Positions 9,399 to 18,040 of a stretch of DNA of 43,388 bases are shown here, in pieces. The notes beneath the pieces are model-generated. The model was not told the DNA's origin. It saw only the letters and a program-made list of their open reading frames with translations, and ran no database searches. The stretch's first letter is position 1. The number at the start of each line of letters is the position of its first letter. The translations under genes were made by a program, and so were the position numbers. Source of the stretch: an uncultured Fibrobacterota bacterium (GTDB lineage: Bacteria; Fibrobacterota; Chitinivibrionia; Chitinivibrionales; FEN-1185); assembly GCA_963729895.1 (NCBI GenBank), contig CAVSQB010000034.1, forward strand, positions 1 to 43,388, in the 5' to 3' direction.

Positions 9399-10364
9399 AT
9401 GCAACCCATTAAGTCCGATTCTCGCAATTGCCGGATTGTAAAAATGCTCGTGGTTTCTGCGCTCATCCTGCCTTCGATCACGTCAGTCGGCAATTCCACC
9501 GTAGCGGCCGCGATGGAATGCACGAATCCCGTATTTGTAACCTCGGATCCGAATGGGGGCTGGAGTGACAGCGGTTACTATGTCCATAACAACATGTGGA
9601 ACAGCGCGTCGTATCCGTGTTCGGAAACCCTCTACGCTTGCTCGTACCACAACTGGTACGTCGTTGCAAGCATGAATAATAGTACCGGTGACGGCGCCGT
9701 CAAAACGTATCCCAATGTCCATATTGATTATTCCAACGTGCCGATCAGCTCGTACAATACCATTACGAGCACTTTTTCCGAGACCAGTCCACATGTCGGC
9801 ATCTACGACGTCGCGTATGATATCTGGACTAACGGCGTTGCCGCCAGCGGCAGCACCGAATTCATGATCTGGAATGAGAACTACAACCAGGTGCCGGGCG
9901 GCAGCTTGGCGGCCACGGCGACTCTGGGCGGCCGGACCTACAACGTGTATAAGACTTCCACCAACGGTTACATCGCTTTCGTACCGACCGCGGTCTTCAC
10001 CTCAGGCACTCTGGATGTGCTTGAAATTTTCAATTGGACGATAGCAAAGGGCTGGCTCCCGGCCAACTCCACGCTCGGCCAGCTCGACTTCGGCGTTGAA
10101 ATCGTGTCAACGAACAACACAAACGCAACTTTCCAATTTACCGATTTCTCAATTACCACCGGCAGCCAGGCCGGGGTAATAAAGAAAACGGGCCCTTCCG
10201 TCGTTGCAAAATCGCCATTTGTCAAAAACGAATATTATTCGCTCTCCGGCAAGCGTCTGGAATTCAAGAACGGCGCCCCAGGCGTGATGAAGAACCTGAT
10301 CGTCATTAGTCGCACGATCGACGCAAACGGTGTCGCGCACACTGCCGTGATGGTTACCAGATAA
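9399..10364 (+). CDS. Secreted GH12-family endoglucanase
   Basis: YYVHNNMWN, VKTYPNV, YDVAYDIW, EFMIW (nucleophile) and FGVEI (acid/base); signal peptide; short CTD-like tail. Confidence 0.85.
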   Translation: MQPIKSDSRNCRIVKMLVVSALILPSITSVGNSTVAAAMECTNPVFVTSDPNGGWSDSGYYVHNNMWNSASYPCSETLYACSYHNWYVVASMNNSTGDGAVKTYPNVHIDYSNVPISSYNTITSTFSETSPHVGIYDVAYDIWTNGVAASGSTEFMIWNENYNQVPGGSLAATATLGGRTYNVYKTSTNGYIAFVPTAVFTSGTLDVLEIFNWTIAKGWLPANSTLGQLDFGVEIVSTNNTNATFQFTDFSITTGSQAGVIKKTGPSVVAKSPFVKNEYYSLSGKRLEFKNGAPGVMKNLIVISRTIDANGVAHTAVMVTR

Positions 10365-10393
10365 TGCATCAAACCTCGAATGAGATTAATTCT

Positions 10394-10510
10394 TTGAATG
10401 CCTAAGCCCGCGCAATCCCCGCGACTTGGCGCGGGGTTAGCGGGCGAATTACAAATATTTTTTTCCTAGGGCAAGGAAGAATCCCCGCCACTTGGGGCGG
10501 GGTTCTTCAA
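10394..10510 (+). mobile_element. Non-autonomous IS200/IS605-like miniature element (two subterminal hairpins, no ORF)
   Basis: TTGAA..AATCCCCGCGACTTGGCGCGGGGTT..AATCCCCGCCACTTGGGGCGGGGTTCTTCAA: two near-identical imperfect hairpins and a TCAA right end. Confidence 0.55.
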
Positions 10511-10556
10511 TCCAGTCGTGTCCGGGGAAGATCTCAGTAAACGTAGGAGGTTTCGT

Positions 10557-12038
10557 ATGTCGCAAAAAGCCAGGTCTTCGGTGTTCTCTATGGCAGTGGC
10601 AGCTTCCGCCCTGATGGCTTTTTGTTTGCCCTTGTGCATTCATGAAGCCTCGGCTGATACCATTCCATCGCGCTTCTTCGGCCTGCATGGGCTGTGTTAT
10701 GGGGCCAATGGGGTACCGTCGCCAGCCAAGCCCTACGGCTTATTCAGAACGTGGGACCACTGGGGAAACGGCGATATCAGCTGGGCCGGGCTTGAGCCGT
10801 CAAAGGGAAATTTCAGCTGGAGAGCCCTGGATGCGACCGTGGATTCGCTCACCGGAAAGAACGTCGATATTCTCTACTGCTTTGGCGGGACGCCGTCGTG
10901 GGCGGCCGCTGCCCACACCGATCCCCCGGATAGCATTAAGTATTGGGATGACTTCATTACGGCATTTGTCAACCGTTACCACACGAGCATTAAATATCTG
11001 GAAGTCTGGAATGAGGCCATGGCGCAGGAGGGTTTTTATACCGGGACCATCGCTCAACTCGCGCAGCTTGGCCAGAATCTCTATACCATCACAAAATCCA
11101 TCGATTCGAGCGTCACCGTTCTGACGCCGGATGCGACCGGCGGCAAGGAAAACATGACGCAATTCTATGGCGATTACTTTGCCGCCGGCGGAGGCGCGTA
11201 TGCGGACGCTATCGCTTTTCACGGCTATTGCTCCATGGCCGGCGCGAATCAGATTATTTATCCGGAAGAGATACTGGGCATCGTCGGGAATCTGAAGGCC
11301 GCGATGAACGCTTACGGTCAGGGCTCGAAACCTATCTTTTGCACCGAAGGAGACTGGGGAACCGAGGGGAGTAATTCGAATAATTCCACGACGGATGATT
11401 GTGTGGCTTTCCTGGCCCGTCACTACCTTCTCCAATGGTCGTTGGGAGTATCGGTGTATGCTTGGTATGCCTGGGACAATAATAACGGCGCTTGGCAATG
11501 GGGGCAGCTATGGGCCCCGTCCGGCGGCCTCAATGCTGCGGGAATTGCCTACCAGCAATTATACAATTGGATGGTCGGCGCCACGATGAGCCAGCCGTAT
11601 ACGGCCAAGGGTTCGGTTGGCACCTGCGGTTTCACCCGGCCGGGCGGCTATCAAGCGCTGGCGGTGTGGGATACCAGTACGGCTTCGGCCTCGACATTCA
11701 CTGTTCCCAATGGTTATGTCCAATACCGAGATCTTGCGGGCAACCTCCACAGCATAAGTGGAACGACGGTTACCATCGGAATCAAGCCGATTCTGCTTGA
11801 AAATCAGACCGCTGCGTCCATCAGCCGTAGCAGATTAAATGCAGCGGTTGAGGCGCCGGTTAGGGGCAGGCAGCTTGTTGTTCTTTACAACATGAAAGGG
11901 CAGGTGCTCATGCAAGGCAATAGCACGGAATCGGTGTTGCGTGATATGCAGCGGCAAGCCCACACCCGGGGCGTCTACCTACTTCGTGTTCAAACGGAGG
12001 GTCAGGCGGCTTCAAGCCGTGTCGTATGGCTGCCTTAA
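10557..12038 (+). CDS. Secreted clan GH-A glycoside hydrolase (GH39/GH5-like) with T9SS-like CTD
   Basis: WAGLEPSKGNFSW, LEVWNE (acid/base), AFHGY and IFCTEGDW (nucleophile); AGGAGG RBS; C-terminal LYNMKGQV..GVYLLRV. Confidence 0.8.
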   Translation: MSQKARSSVFSMAVAASALMAFCLPLCIHEASADTIPSRFFGLHGLCYGANGVPSPAKPYGLFRTWDHWGNGDISWAGLEPSKGNFSWRALDATVDSLTGKNVDILYCFGGTPSWAAAAHTDPPDSIKYWDDFITAFVNRYHTSIKYLEVWNEAMAQEGFYTGTIAQLAQLGQNLYTITKSIDSSVTVLTPDATGGKENMTQFYGDYFAAGGGAYADAIAFHGYCSMAGANQIIYPEEILGIVGNLKAAMNAYGQGSKPIFCTEGDWGTEGSNSNNSTTDDCVAFLARHYLLQWSLGVSVYAWYAWDNNNGAWQWGQLWAPSGGLNAAGIAYQQLYNWMVGATMSQPYTAKGSVGTCGFTRPGGYQALAVWDTSTASASTFTVPNGYVQYRDLAGNLHSISGTTVTIGIKPILLENQTAASISRSRLNAAVEAPVRGRQLVVLYNMKGQVLMQGNSTESVLRDMQRQAHTRGVYLLRVQTEGQAASSRVVWLP

Positions 12039-12050
12039 CGTCAGATTTCA

Positions 12051-12130
12051 ACCGCGCTTTGGCGCGCTCTCCAGTCCGGCCTGACGCTTTGCAGAATGCA
12101 ATATCCAGGCCGCACCCGATCAGCAATCCA
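12051..12130 (-). repeat. Short, internally deleted copy of the modular repeat
   Basis: Reverse complement TGGATTGCTGATCGGGTGCGGC-CTG-GATATTGCATTCTGCAAAGCGTCAGGCCGGACTGGAGAGCGCG matches 41175.. joined to 41326..41380. Confidence 0.8.
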
Positions 12131-12142
12131 AGATATTTATTG

Positions 12143-13864
12143 TCAAATTGAAATTCCCGCCAGACGCATCACCACGAAGATCCCGTGCAACAGCGAGGTC
12201 ACGACGATGGCCGCGCCAAAAACCGTGCCGATCACCTTGAGCGCCGACGCCATTCCCAGCTCCTTCACAAGAGTGAAGAACGAGGCAATGCAGGGCACAT
12301 ACAGCACCATGAATACGCATGCAACAATGAACTGACCGGCCGAAAGGCCGAACGGCGCCAGAAGAGCGATCGACACGTCCTTGCGCAAAAATCCGAGAAT
12401 GAGCACGGGCGCTATGTCGCCCGGCAGGCCGAGCAGAAACGACAGCGGCTTCCCCGCGAGGTTGGTCACAAAGCGGATGACGGACAACGAATCGAGGATA
12501 TTGATGACGAGTACGCCCGCGGCAATCATCGGAAACACTTCTGCAAAGTACTCGGCGACCCGTATCCACAGCTTACGCGCCATAAGACGGAGTGAGGGCA
12601 GCCGGTAGGCCGGGATTTCCATGAAGAGTTCCGGTGTTTCTCCTTTTGTCGCCTTGTTTAGTGCCGCGTTCATGCCGATTGCCAGAAAGAACAGTATCGC
12701 AAACACCGAGCACACGACCAAGACCCCATATTTCATGCCGAGCGACACGATCATTGCGCTTTGGGGAAGGCATGGCGCACTCATGAGGATCAGCGACATG
12801 GTGAGTATCTTCTCGCGTTTGGTGGTGAGTACCCGCGTAGCCAGAAACGCGGGTACTTTGCAACCAAGGCCAAGCATGACGGGAATCGACGAATAGCCGT
12901 GCAATCCGAGACGGTGAAAGAACGTGTCGAGCACCACGGCGATGCGCGGAAGATATCCCACGTCTTCCAGGAGCCCGAACAACAGGTAAAACGATACGAA
13001 GTAGGGGAACACCAGCACCGTGGCGATGTACACGCCCGTGGTAAGAATGCCGAACGACGCAAGCGGGTCGGAGCCCCGGCCTGCCAGAACCTCCTTTACA
13101 AACGTTATCGGAATATGCCCGCACAACTGCACCACAAAAGGATTGTACACGCGCGAAAACAGCGGTCCGCACACCCCGCTCGCCAGCGATTCGCCCATAA
13201 AGCGGACAACGGCGAAGACGGCGACAAGCACCAGTGCGGCAAAGAACAGACCGCCCGCCGGATGAAGGGTGAAATCCGCAAGCGTTTCCAGCGGGGTGTG
13301 GTGCCGGTGCGACAGTTTCTGCACCCTGCCGACAATCGCCCCGATGCGCGACCACGTGCCGGCCGGATCGCAGAGGGAGTGCCCTGGTCGTGCGCGGTGC
13401 AGAGAGTCCACAACCCGGGAAATGCCGTCTCCGCGCAGGGCGCTTGCGGCAACGACCTGCACACCCAGGATTTCCTCAAGGGCCGGCAGGTCTATCGAAA
13501 TACCATTGTGCGCGGTGTCGTCCCACAGGTTGAGGCACACCGCCATGGGCTTCGCTTTTGCAAGAAGGCCCAGGGTGAGGTTGAGGTTGCGTTCGAGGTT
13601 GGTGGCGTCGACAACGTTGAGAATCATGTCGCATGTGTCTAGTATGCCGATGGCGGCCTCGTCGGCGCGCGACAGCGCCTCGAGCGAGTAGATGCCCGGG
13701 ACGTCGACAAGCTCGAATTCGTCACCGCCGTGAACCAGCCTGCCTGTCTTGATGTCAACCGTTGTACCGGGGTAATTTGACGAAATAACGCCTACGCCGG
13801 TGATGCGGGAGAACACGAGGCTTTTTCCGACATTCGGGTTTCCGACAATTGCGACTTTTATCAC
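12143..13864 (-). CDS. feoB: Ferrous iron transporter FeoB
   Basis: GNPNVGKS, NYPGTTV, DVPGIYSL, DATNLERNL, LLEDVGYLPR, GLGCKVPA and a membrane domain. Start uncertain (13864 or 13906). Confidence 0.96.
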   Translation of the reverse strand: MIKVAIVGNPNVGKSLVFSRITGVGVISSNYPGTTVDIKTGRLVHGGDEFELVDVPGIYSLEALSRADEAAIGILDTCDMILNVVDATNLERNLNLTLGLLAKAKPMAVCLNLWDDTAHNGISIDLPALEEILGVQVVAASALRGDGISRVVDSLHRARPGHSLCDPAGTWSRIGAIVGRVQKLSHRHHTPLETLADFTLHPAGGLFFAALVLVAVFAVVRFMGESLASGVCGPLFSRVYNPFVVQLCGHIPITFVKEVLAGRGSDPLASFGILTTGVYIATVLVFPYFVSFYLLFGLLEDVGYLPRIAVVLDTFFHRLGLHGYSSIPVMLGLGCKVPAFLATRVLTTKREKILTMSLILMSAPCLPQSAMIVSLGMKYGVLVVCSVFAILFFLAIGMNAALNKATKGETPELFMEIPAYRLPSLRLMARKLWIRVAEYFAEVFPMIAAGVLVINILDSLSVIRFVTNLAGKPLSFLLGLPGDIAPVLILGFLRKDVSIALLAPFGLSAGQFIVACVFMVLYVPCIASFFTLVKELGMASALKVIGTVFGAAIVVTSLLHGIFVVMRLAGISI

Positions 13865-13880
13865 GGAGTCCCGGTAGGTG

Positions 13881-14213
13881 TTACTGTTTATCAATACTAT
13901 CCACAAGCAACCGGAGCGCCATTGCGTACCCGATTGCGAATTGCGTAGCTCCTTTTCTCAAAACAACGGGTCCTCTCAGCGGCGATGCGCCCTTTTTGAC
14001 GATTATTGCGCCCGGCACGACCCCCATTTCCGCAAGCCTTTTTGCCGCCTTGCCGTCGCCCTGGACGCATACGACCCGCGCGCTGCTCCCGTTGCTGAGA
14101 CGGGTGATGCTCACCGATTCCTGGCAACGCTGCGAACTTCCCGGCCTGGCCCCGGGTCTGCACGCGCGCGCGGCGCAACCGGCGCAGCGCTTAAGCATCT
14201 GAATCATTGTCAT
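13881..14213 (-). CDS. feoA: FeoA with a cysteine-rich N-terminal extension
   Basis: KRLAEMGVVPGA..PLRGPVV..FAIG motif; ATGA overlap with the fur stop codon. Confidence 0.88.
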   Translation of the reverse strand: MTMIQMLKRCAGCAARACRPGARPGSSQRCQESVSITRLSNGSSARVVCVQGDGKAAKRLAEMGVVPGAIIVKKGASPLRGPVVLRKGATQFAIGYAMALRLLVDSIDKQ

Positions 14214-14692
14214 TGTTCCCCCTTGCATTTCCGCACCGCGCGAATGCGCGACGTGTCGTGCAGCCCGCTTCTTCTGCAGTCCCTGCATGTGCCGTACAGG
14301 TTCATCCGGTGATATTGAAGCAGGAACCCGTATCGCTTTACAAGCCTCTCCTGCAGCTTCTCTATTTCTCCGTCCAATACCTCGACAAAACGGCCGCATC
14401 GGGTGCATATCAAGTGGTCGTGGTGGCCGTGGCCGTACAGGTGCTCGTAGCGCGAGGTCCCGTCTTCAAAGCTTATCTCGCTGCACAGTCCGCTTTCGCA
14501 CAGCAATTTGAGCGTGCGGTAGACCGTTGCATACCCCACCGAGGTGTGTTTGGCCCTCACCGACGACCACAGTTCGTCAATCGTGACGTGCTTTTCCATG
14601 CCCAGGAATTCCTCAAGAATCCACTCTCGCGGTCTGCTGTGTTTGAGCCCCTTGTTCTTGAGGAAATCCTGGAAGACCGAGTTCTCCTTCAT
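14210..14692 (-). CDS. fur: Fur-family transcriptional repressor
   Basis: GLKHSRPREWIL, VGYATVYRTLKLL, HHDHLICTRCG and LYGTCRDC. Confidence 0.93.
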   Translation of the reverse strand: MKENSVFQDFLKNKGLKHSRPREWILEEFLGMEKHVTIDELWSSVRAKHTSVGYATVYRTLKLLCESGLCSEISFEDGTSRYEHLYGHGHHDHLICTRCGRFVEVLDGEIEKLQERLVKRYGFLLQYHRMNLYGTCRDCRRSGLHDTSRIRAVRKCKGEQ

Positions 14693-14710
14693 GCCCGCCG
14701 CCTGCCAATG

Positions 14711-14761
14711 TTGAAAATGATATTCATTTTCAATTATACTTCTTTGGGGGTGCAGTGTCAA
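14711..14761 (-). promoter_or_regulatory. Consensus sigma70 promoter with adjacent Fur box driving fur-feoA-feoB
   Basis: Minus strand TTGACA (14761..14756), 17 nt, TATAAT (14738..14733), then the palindrome TTGAAAATGA-TAT-TCATTTTCAA (14711..14733); its core matches GATAATGATAATCATTATC at 16 of 19 positions. Confidence 0.92.
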
Positions 14762-15102
14762 TGGAAAAATGATGCGGAGCCGCGAGACGCGGGGAAATAG
14801 AATCGGCGGGGCCGGAAGGCCGTCCAAAAGAAGAGTGAAGATGCGAGGACCGCGATTACGACTGGATGCGACGAGCCGCGCAAGCGAACCTTTTGGGAAG
14901 GGCAAGCGACATAAGTAACTGCGCGAAGCGCAATTACCGCACCCTAGGGAACGGAGTGACAATGCGCTCGTTGTGGGATTCAACGGACAGTCTGGTGTTA
15001 CCAGATTATGCCATAATCAATAGATACTGTGAAAACAGATATGTTGCAATATCAATATGTTACGTGTAGATTCCCTGTTACACAAAAATGTCAACAAAAG
15101 CC

Positions 15103-15131
15103 TTGTTTTCTACCGCAAAATGGGTTATAAT
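15103..15131 (+). promoter_or_regulatory. Putative sigma70 promoter giving a leaderless transcript of the TIGR02147 gene
   Basis: TTGTTT-17 nt-TATAAT-6 nt-ATG (15138); no Shine-Dalgarno. Confidence 0.6.
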
Positions 15132-15137
15132 TAGGGT

Positions 15138-15998
15138 ATGACAAACGCGCTCCCCGAGCTGTTCGACTATCTTGACTACCGCAAATTCCTCACCGACTTC
15201 TATGATGCAAAGAAGCGGTTGAACCCGCTGTATTCCTACCGGGTGTTTGCCCGAAAGGCGGGATTCAACAACCAGGGGTTCTTCATCGACGTCGTGAAAC
15301 GCCGCAAGAAGCTCTCCGACAATGCGACGAAAAAAATGATCAGGGGCATGGACCTTGCCGAAGACAGGGCCAGGTATTTCAAGTACCTTGTCAAATACGA
15401 CCAGGCAAAGGACGGCGAAGAAAAGGAACTGCTTCTCAAGAAGCTTCTGGAACTCAAATCAAAGACGCTGTTCAACAACATATCGCTCAAATACGCGAAT
15501 TACTATCTTAAATGGTACAATCCCGTAGTACGGGAAATAATCGCGGTCGAAGGGTTCGACGGCGATTACAAGAAGCTCGCGGACAAGATATTCCCCCGCG
15601 TGAATGTCGCCCAGGTGAAGGAATCGGTAAGCGTGCTGCTGGCGCTGGGCATCATCCAAAAAGACAAGGACAAAGGATTTCGCGTCACGCTCATGAAGTT
15701 GAGGCCCAATGTGACGGAGCTCCGCGAGGTGATAAAGAACCTTCACCGGAGGTGGATAGAGCACAGCATCAAGGCCATTGACGCAATAGAACCGGAGCAG
15801 CGGTACATCAGTTCGCTCATGGTCGGCCTTCCGGCGGCAATTGTTCCGGAGCTCACCAAGAAATTTGAAGAGCTCAAGGAATATGTGCTCGCCGCCGCCG
15901 AAGAGCGTGAAAAAGACCCGAAAAAGGACATGCAGATATTTCAATTCAATTTCCAGCTGTTTCCGCGCAGCGCAGTGCTGGGGAACGGTCATGAGTAA
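15138..15998 (+). CDS. TIGR02147-family protein
   Basis: LFDYLDYRKFLTDFY..YSYRVFARKAGF, YYLKWYNPVVREII and C-terminal IFQFNFQLFP, characteristic of this Fibrobacter paralogous family. Confidence 0.9.
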   Translation: MTNALPELFDYLDYRKFLTDFYDAKKRLNPLYSYRVFARKAGFNNQGFFIDVVKRRKKLSDNATKKMIRGMDLAEDRARYFKYLVKYDQAKDGEEKELLLKKLLELKSKTLFNNISLKYANYYLKWYNPVVREIIAVEGFDGDYKKLADKIFPRVNVAQVKESVSVLLALGIIQKDKDKGFRVTLMKLRPNVTELREVIKNLHRRWIEHSIKAIDAIEPEQRYISSLMVGLPAAIVPELTKKFEELKEYVLAAAEEREKDPKKDMQIFQFNFQLFPRSAVLGNGHE

Positions 15999-17628
15999 AT
16001 CACCGTTAACCATCGTACTCGTCGCGCTCGCCGCCGGCTTCGGCCTGTATTGCTCATCCACGCCCCGCATCGCCGATGCGCCGGCTGACGATTTTCCGAA
16101 CGCGGTGAACGGCATGGTAAGGGACGCGGGCGGTAATCCGGTCGCAGGCGCCTCCGTGTTCGTGCGGCCGAGCGATTTTCTCGCAGACACAAGCGGCGCA
16201 GTGCCGGTTCCGGATGCCAGGACCGATTCAAGCGGCAGGTATTATCTCGATTCGCTCGCCAACGGCGCTTACACGATTGAGATCAGCGGGGATACTATTG
16301 GAGCGGTAGTCCGGTGCACGCTTTCCTCACGCGAAAGACGACTGGTCACCTTGCCCGAGCAGCCGCTCGCGCCTTTCGGCGCCATCACGGGCAAGGTTCA
16401 ATACACGGGTCTGGGCACGGTGTACGTGCGCACCTACGGACTTCTGCGCGCCATCCGTATCGATTCGCTGGGCGATTACAGCATCGGCCGCGTGCCTGCG
16501 GGAACATTTTCTCTGCAGGTTTCGGCATTCGTCGCAACGGTGCCGCCCGTGAGTGTCGCAAATGTGACGGTTGAATCGGGTTTTCCGACGACGGTTGACC
16601 CGGTGACGCTTCAGACATTCGACGAGGAGGACTACAGCCAGTGGTCTTATTCGCGCACCATCCATCTGGTAACAACCCCGCTCGGCGCGAATGTTGCGGA
16701 TACGGTGTTCCATTTTCCCGTGCTCGTTCGCCTCGACCAGACGACCATCGCCTTCAGCCAGGCGGCTTCCGACGGCAGCGATATAAGGTTTGCACGGCCC
16801 AACGGGGTCCATTTGAATTACGAAATAGAACAATGGGACGCTGCGGGCCATGCCGCCGCAGTGTGGGTGAAAGTCGACACGCTGTATGGCAACGCCACCA
16901 CCGACATCGTCATGTACTGGGGCCACAAAAACGGGGCGAATTTTTCGCAGGGCAGTTCCGTATTCAGCAACGCCTACGGCTATCTTGGCGTGTGGCACAT
17001 GAACGACCAATCGGACGCCACGGGCCAGGGCCATTCGCTCGTTACCTTGTCGAATGCAACTACTCCGGCGCCCGACACGGGGCTCCTCGGCGGAGCAATG
17101 CGGTTCGACGGGGTCGGCGATTTCTGGAGTGTTCCCTATGCACCGGGCATCGACGGCAACAACCGTTTTTCGATTTCGGTGTGGGCGCAATGGCTGGGCG
17201 GCCAGGTTCCCGGCTATAACCGAATCATATCGAACAAGCGCGCCTGGAACGATTCGGCCGGGTTCGAACTTCTCACCATCAGCGGCAACGACAGCGCCAT
17301 TGACGTGCGCTCGGAAGACTCCATCGGCAACGGACCGCTGCATGTGATAAGCGGCGGCTGGACGTCGCACGGCTGGCACTACATTACGCTGGTGTGGAAC
17401 GCCGGTACGTGCGCAATCTACGTTGACGGGAATTTCGTGGACGCGCCGCTTATTAACGCATTTTCGACGACAAACGATCTCGTGTTCGGTTCCAATGTCG
17501 GCAATACCGAACAGAAATGGAACGGACGCCTGGATGAAATTCGGTTGTCGAACGGCCCGCTGTCCGCCGCGTGGATCAAACTCTGCTACATGAACCAGCA
17601 GGCGCAGGATGCGCTATGTAAATATTGA
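15991..17628 (+). CDS. Probable lipoprotein with carboxypeptidase-regulatory-like repeats, DUF2341 and LamG/ConA-like domains
   Basis: Hydrophobic N-terminus ending GLYC; VNGMVRDAGGNPVAGA; FPVLVRL..DGSDIRF..YEIEQWD..VWVKV; GVWHMND..WNGRLDEIRLS. Overlaps the upstream gene by 8 nt. Confidence 0.85.
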   Translation: MSKSPLTIVLVALAAGFGLYCSSTPRIADAPADDFPNAVNGMVRDAGGNPVAGASVFVRPSDFLADTSGAVPVPDARTDSSGRYYLDSLANGAYTIEISGDTIGAVVRCTLSSRERRLVTLPEQPLAPFGAITGKVQYTGLGTVYVRTYGLLRAIRIDSLGDYSIGRVPAGTFSLQVSAFVATVPPVSVANVTVESGFPTTVDPVTLQTFDEEDYSQWSYSRTIHLVTTPLGANVADTVFHFPVLVRLDQTTIAFSQAASDGSDIRFARPNGVHLNYEIEQWDAAGHAAAVWVKVDTLYGNATTDIVMYWGHKNGANFSQGSSVFSNAYGYLGVWHMNDQSDATGQGHSLVTLSNATTPAPDTGLLGGAMRFDGVGDFWSVPYAPGIDGNNRFSISVWAQWLGGQVPGYNRIISNKRAWNDSAGFELLTISGNDSAIDVRSEDSIGNGPLHVISGGWTSHGWHYITLVWNAGTCAIYVDGNFVDAPLINAFSTTNDLVFGSNVGNTEQKWNGRLDEIRLSNGPLSAAWIKLCYMNQQAQDALCKY

Positions 17629-17655
17629 TTAATCCGCCAAGTTCAGATTGTCAAA

Positions 17656-17996
17656 GGGGGGAAGTTTACCCCGTCGGGTACTTCCAAGGGTCGTCCCCCT
17701 CGCGAAAGAGACTGCGCGCCCTGCAGCCGCGGCGTCTTCCGCTACCCCCTCCTGGGTGCACCCCAAGAAAGTTTATTTGCGAGAATCTAATCTTCGGCTG
17801 GGGGGCACCCGCGAGACGCAGTTGTGAAGGCCAATAGAGCAATCCTATGTTGACGAGTTGAGAAGTTGAAGAGTTGAATCGATGGCCGTGGCTGTGTGCA
17901 GTTAAGTATTTATTAACCGGGTGCCGCTACGGTGCGCGCAACTGAAGGTACGGGCTTGCTACGGGTACATCCACGCCGCACCGGCTCAGCAAACCA
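17656..17996. repeat. Composite modular repeat region, including the 8-mer tract GTTGANNA at 17849..17878
   Basis: 17656..17880 is an inverted homologue of 21178..21365; 17917..17996 is an inverted copy of 41175..41254. Confidence 0.85.
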
Positions 17997-18040
17997 TAAT
18001 TAAATGAAGAACCGGTGCCTACGGGCAGGCGCCCATCTTC

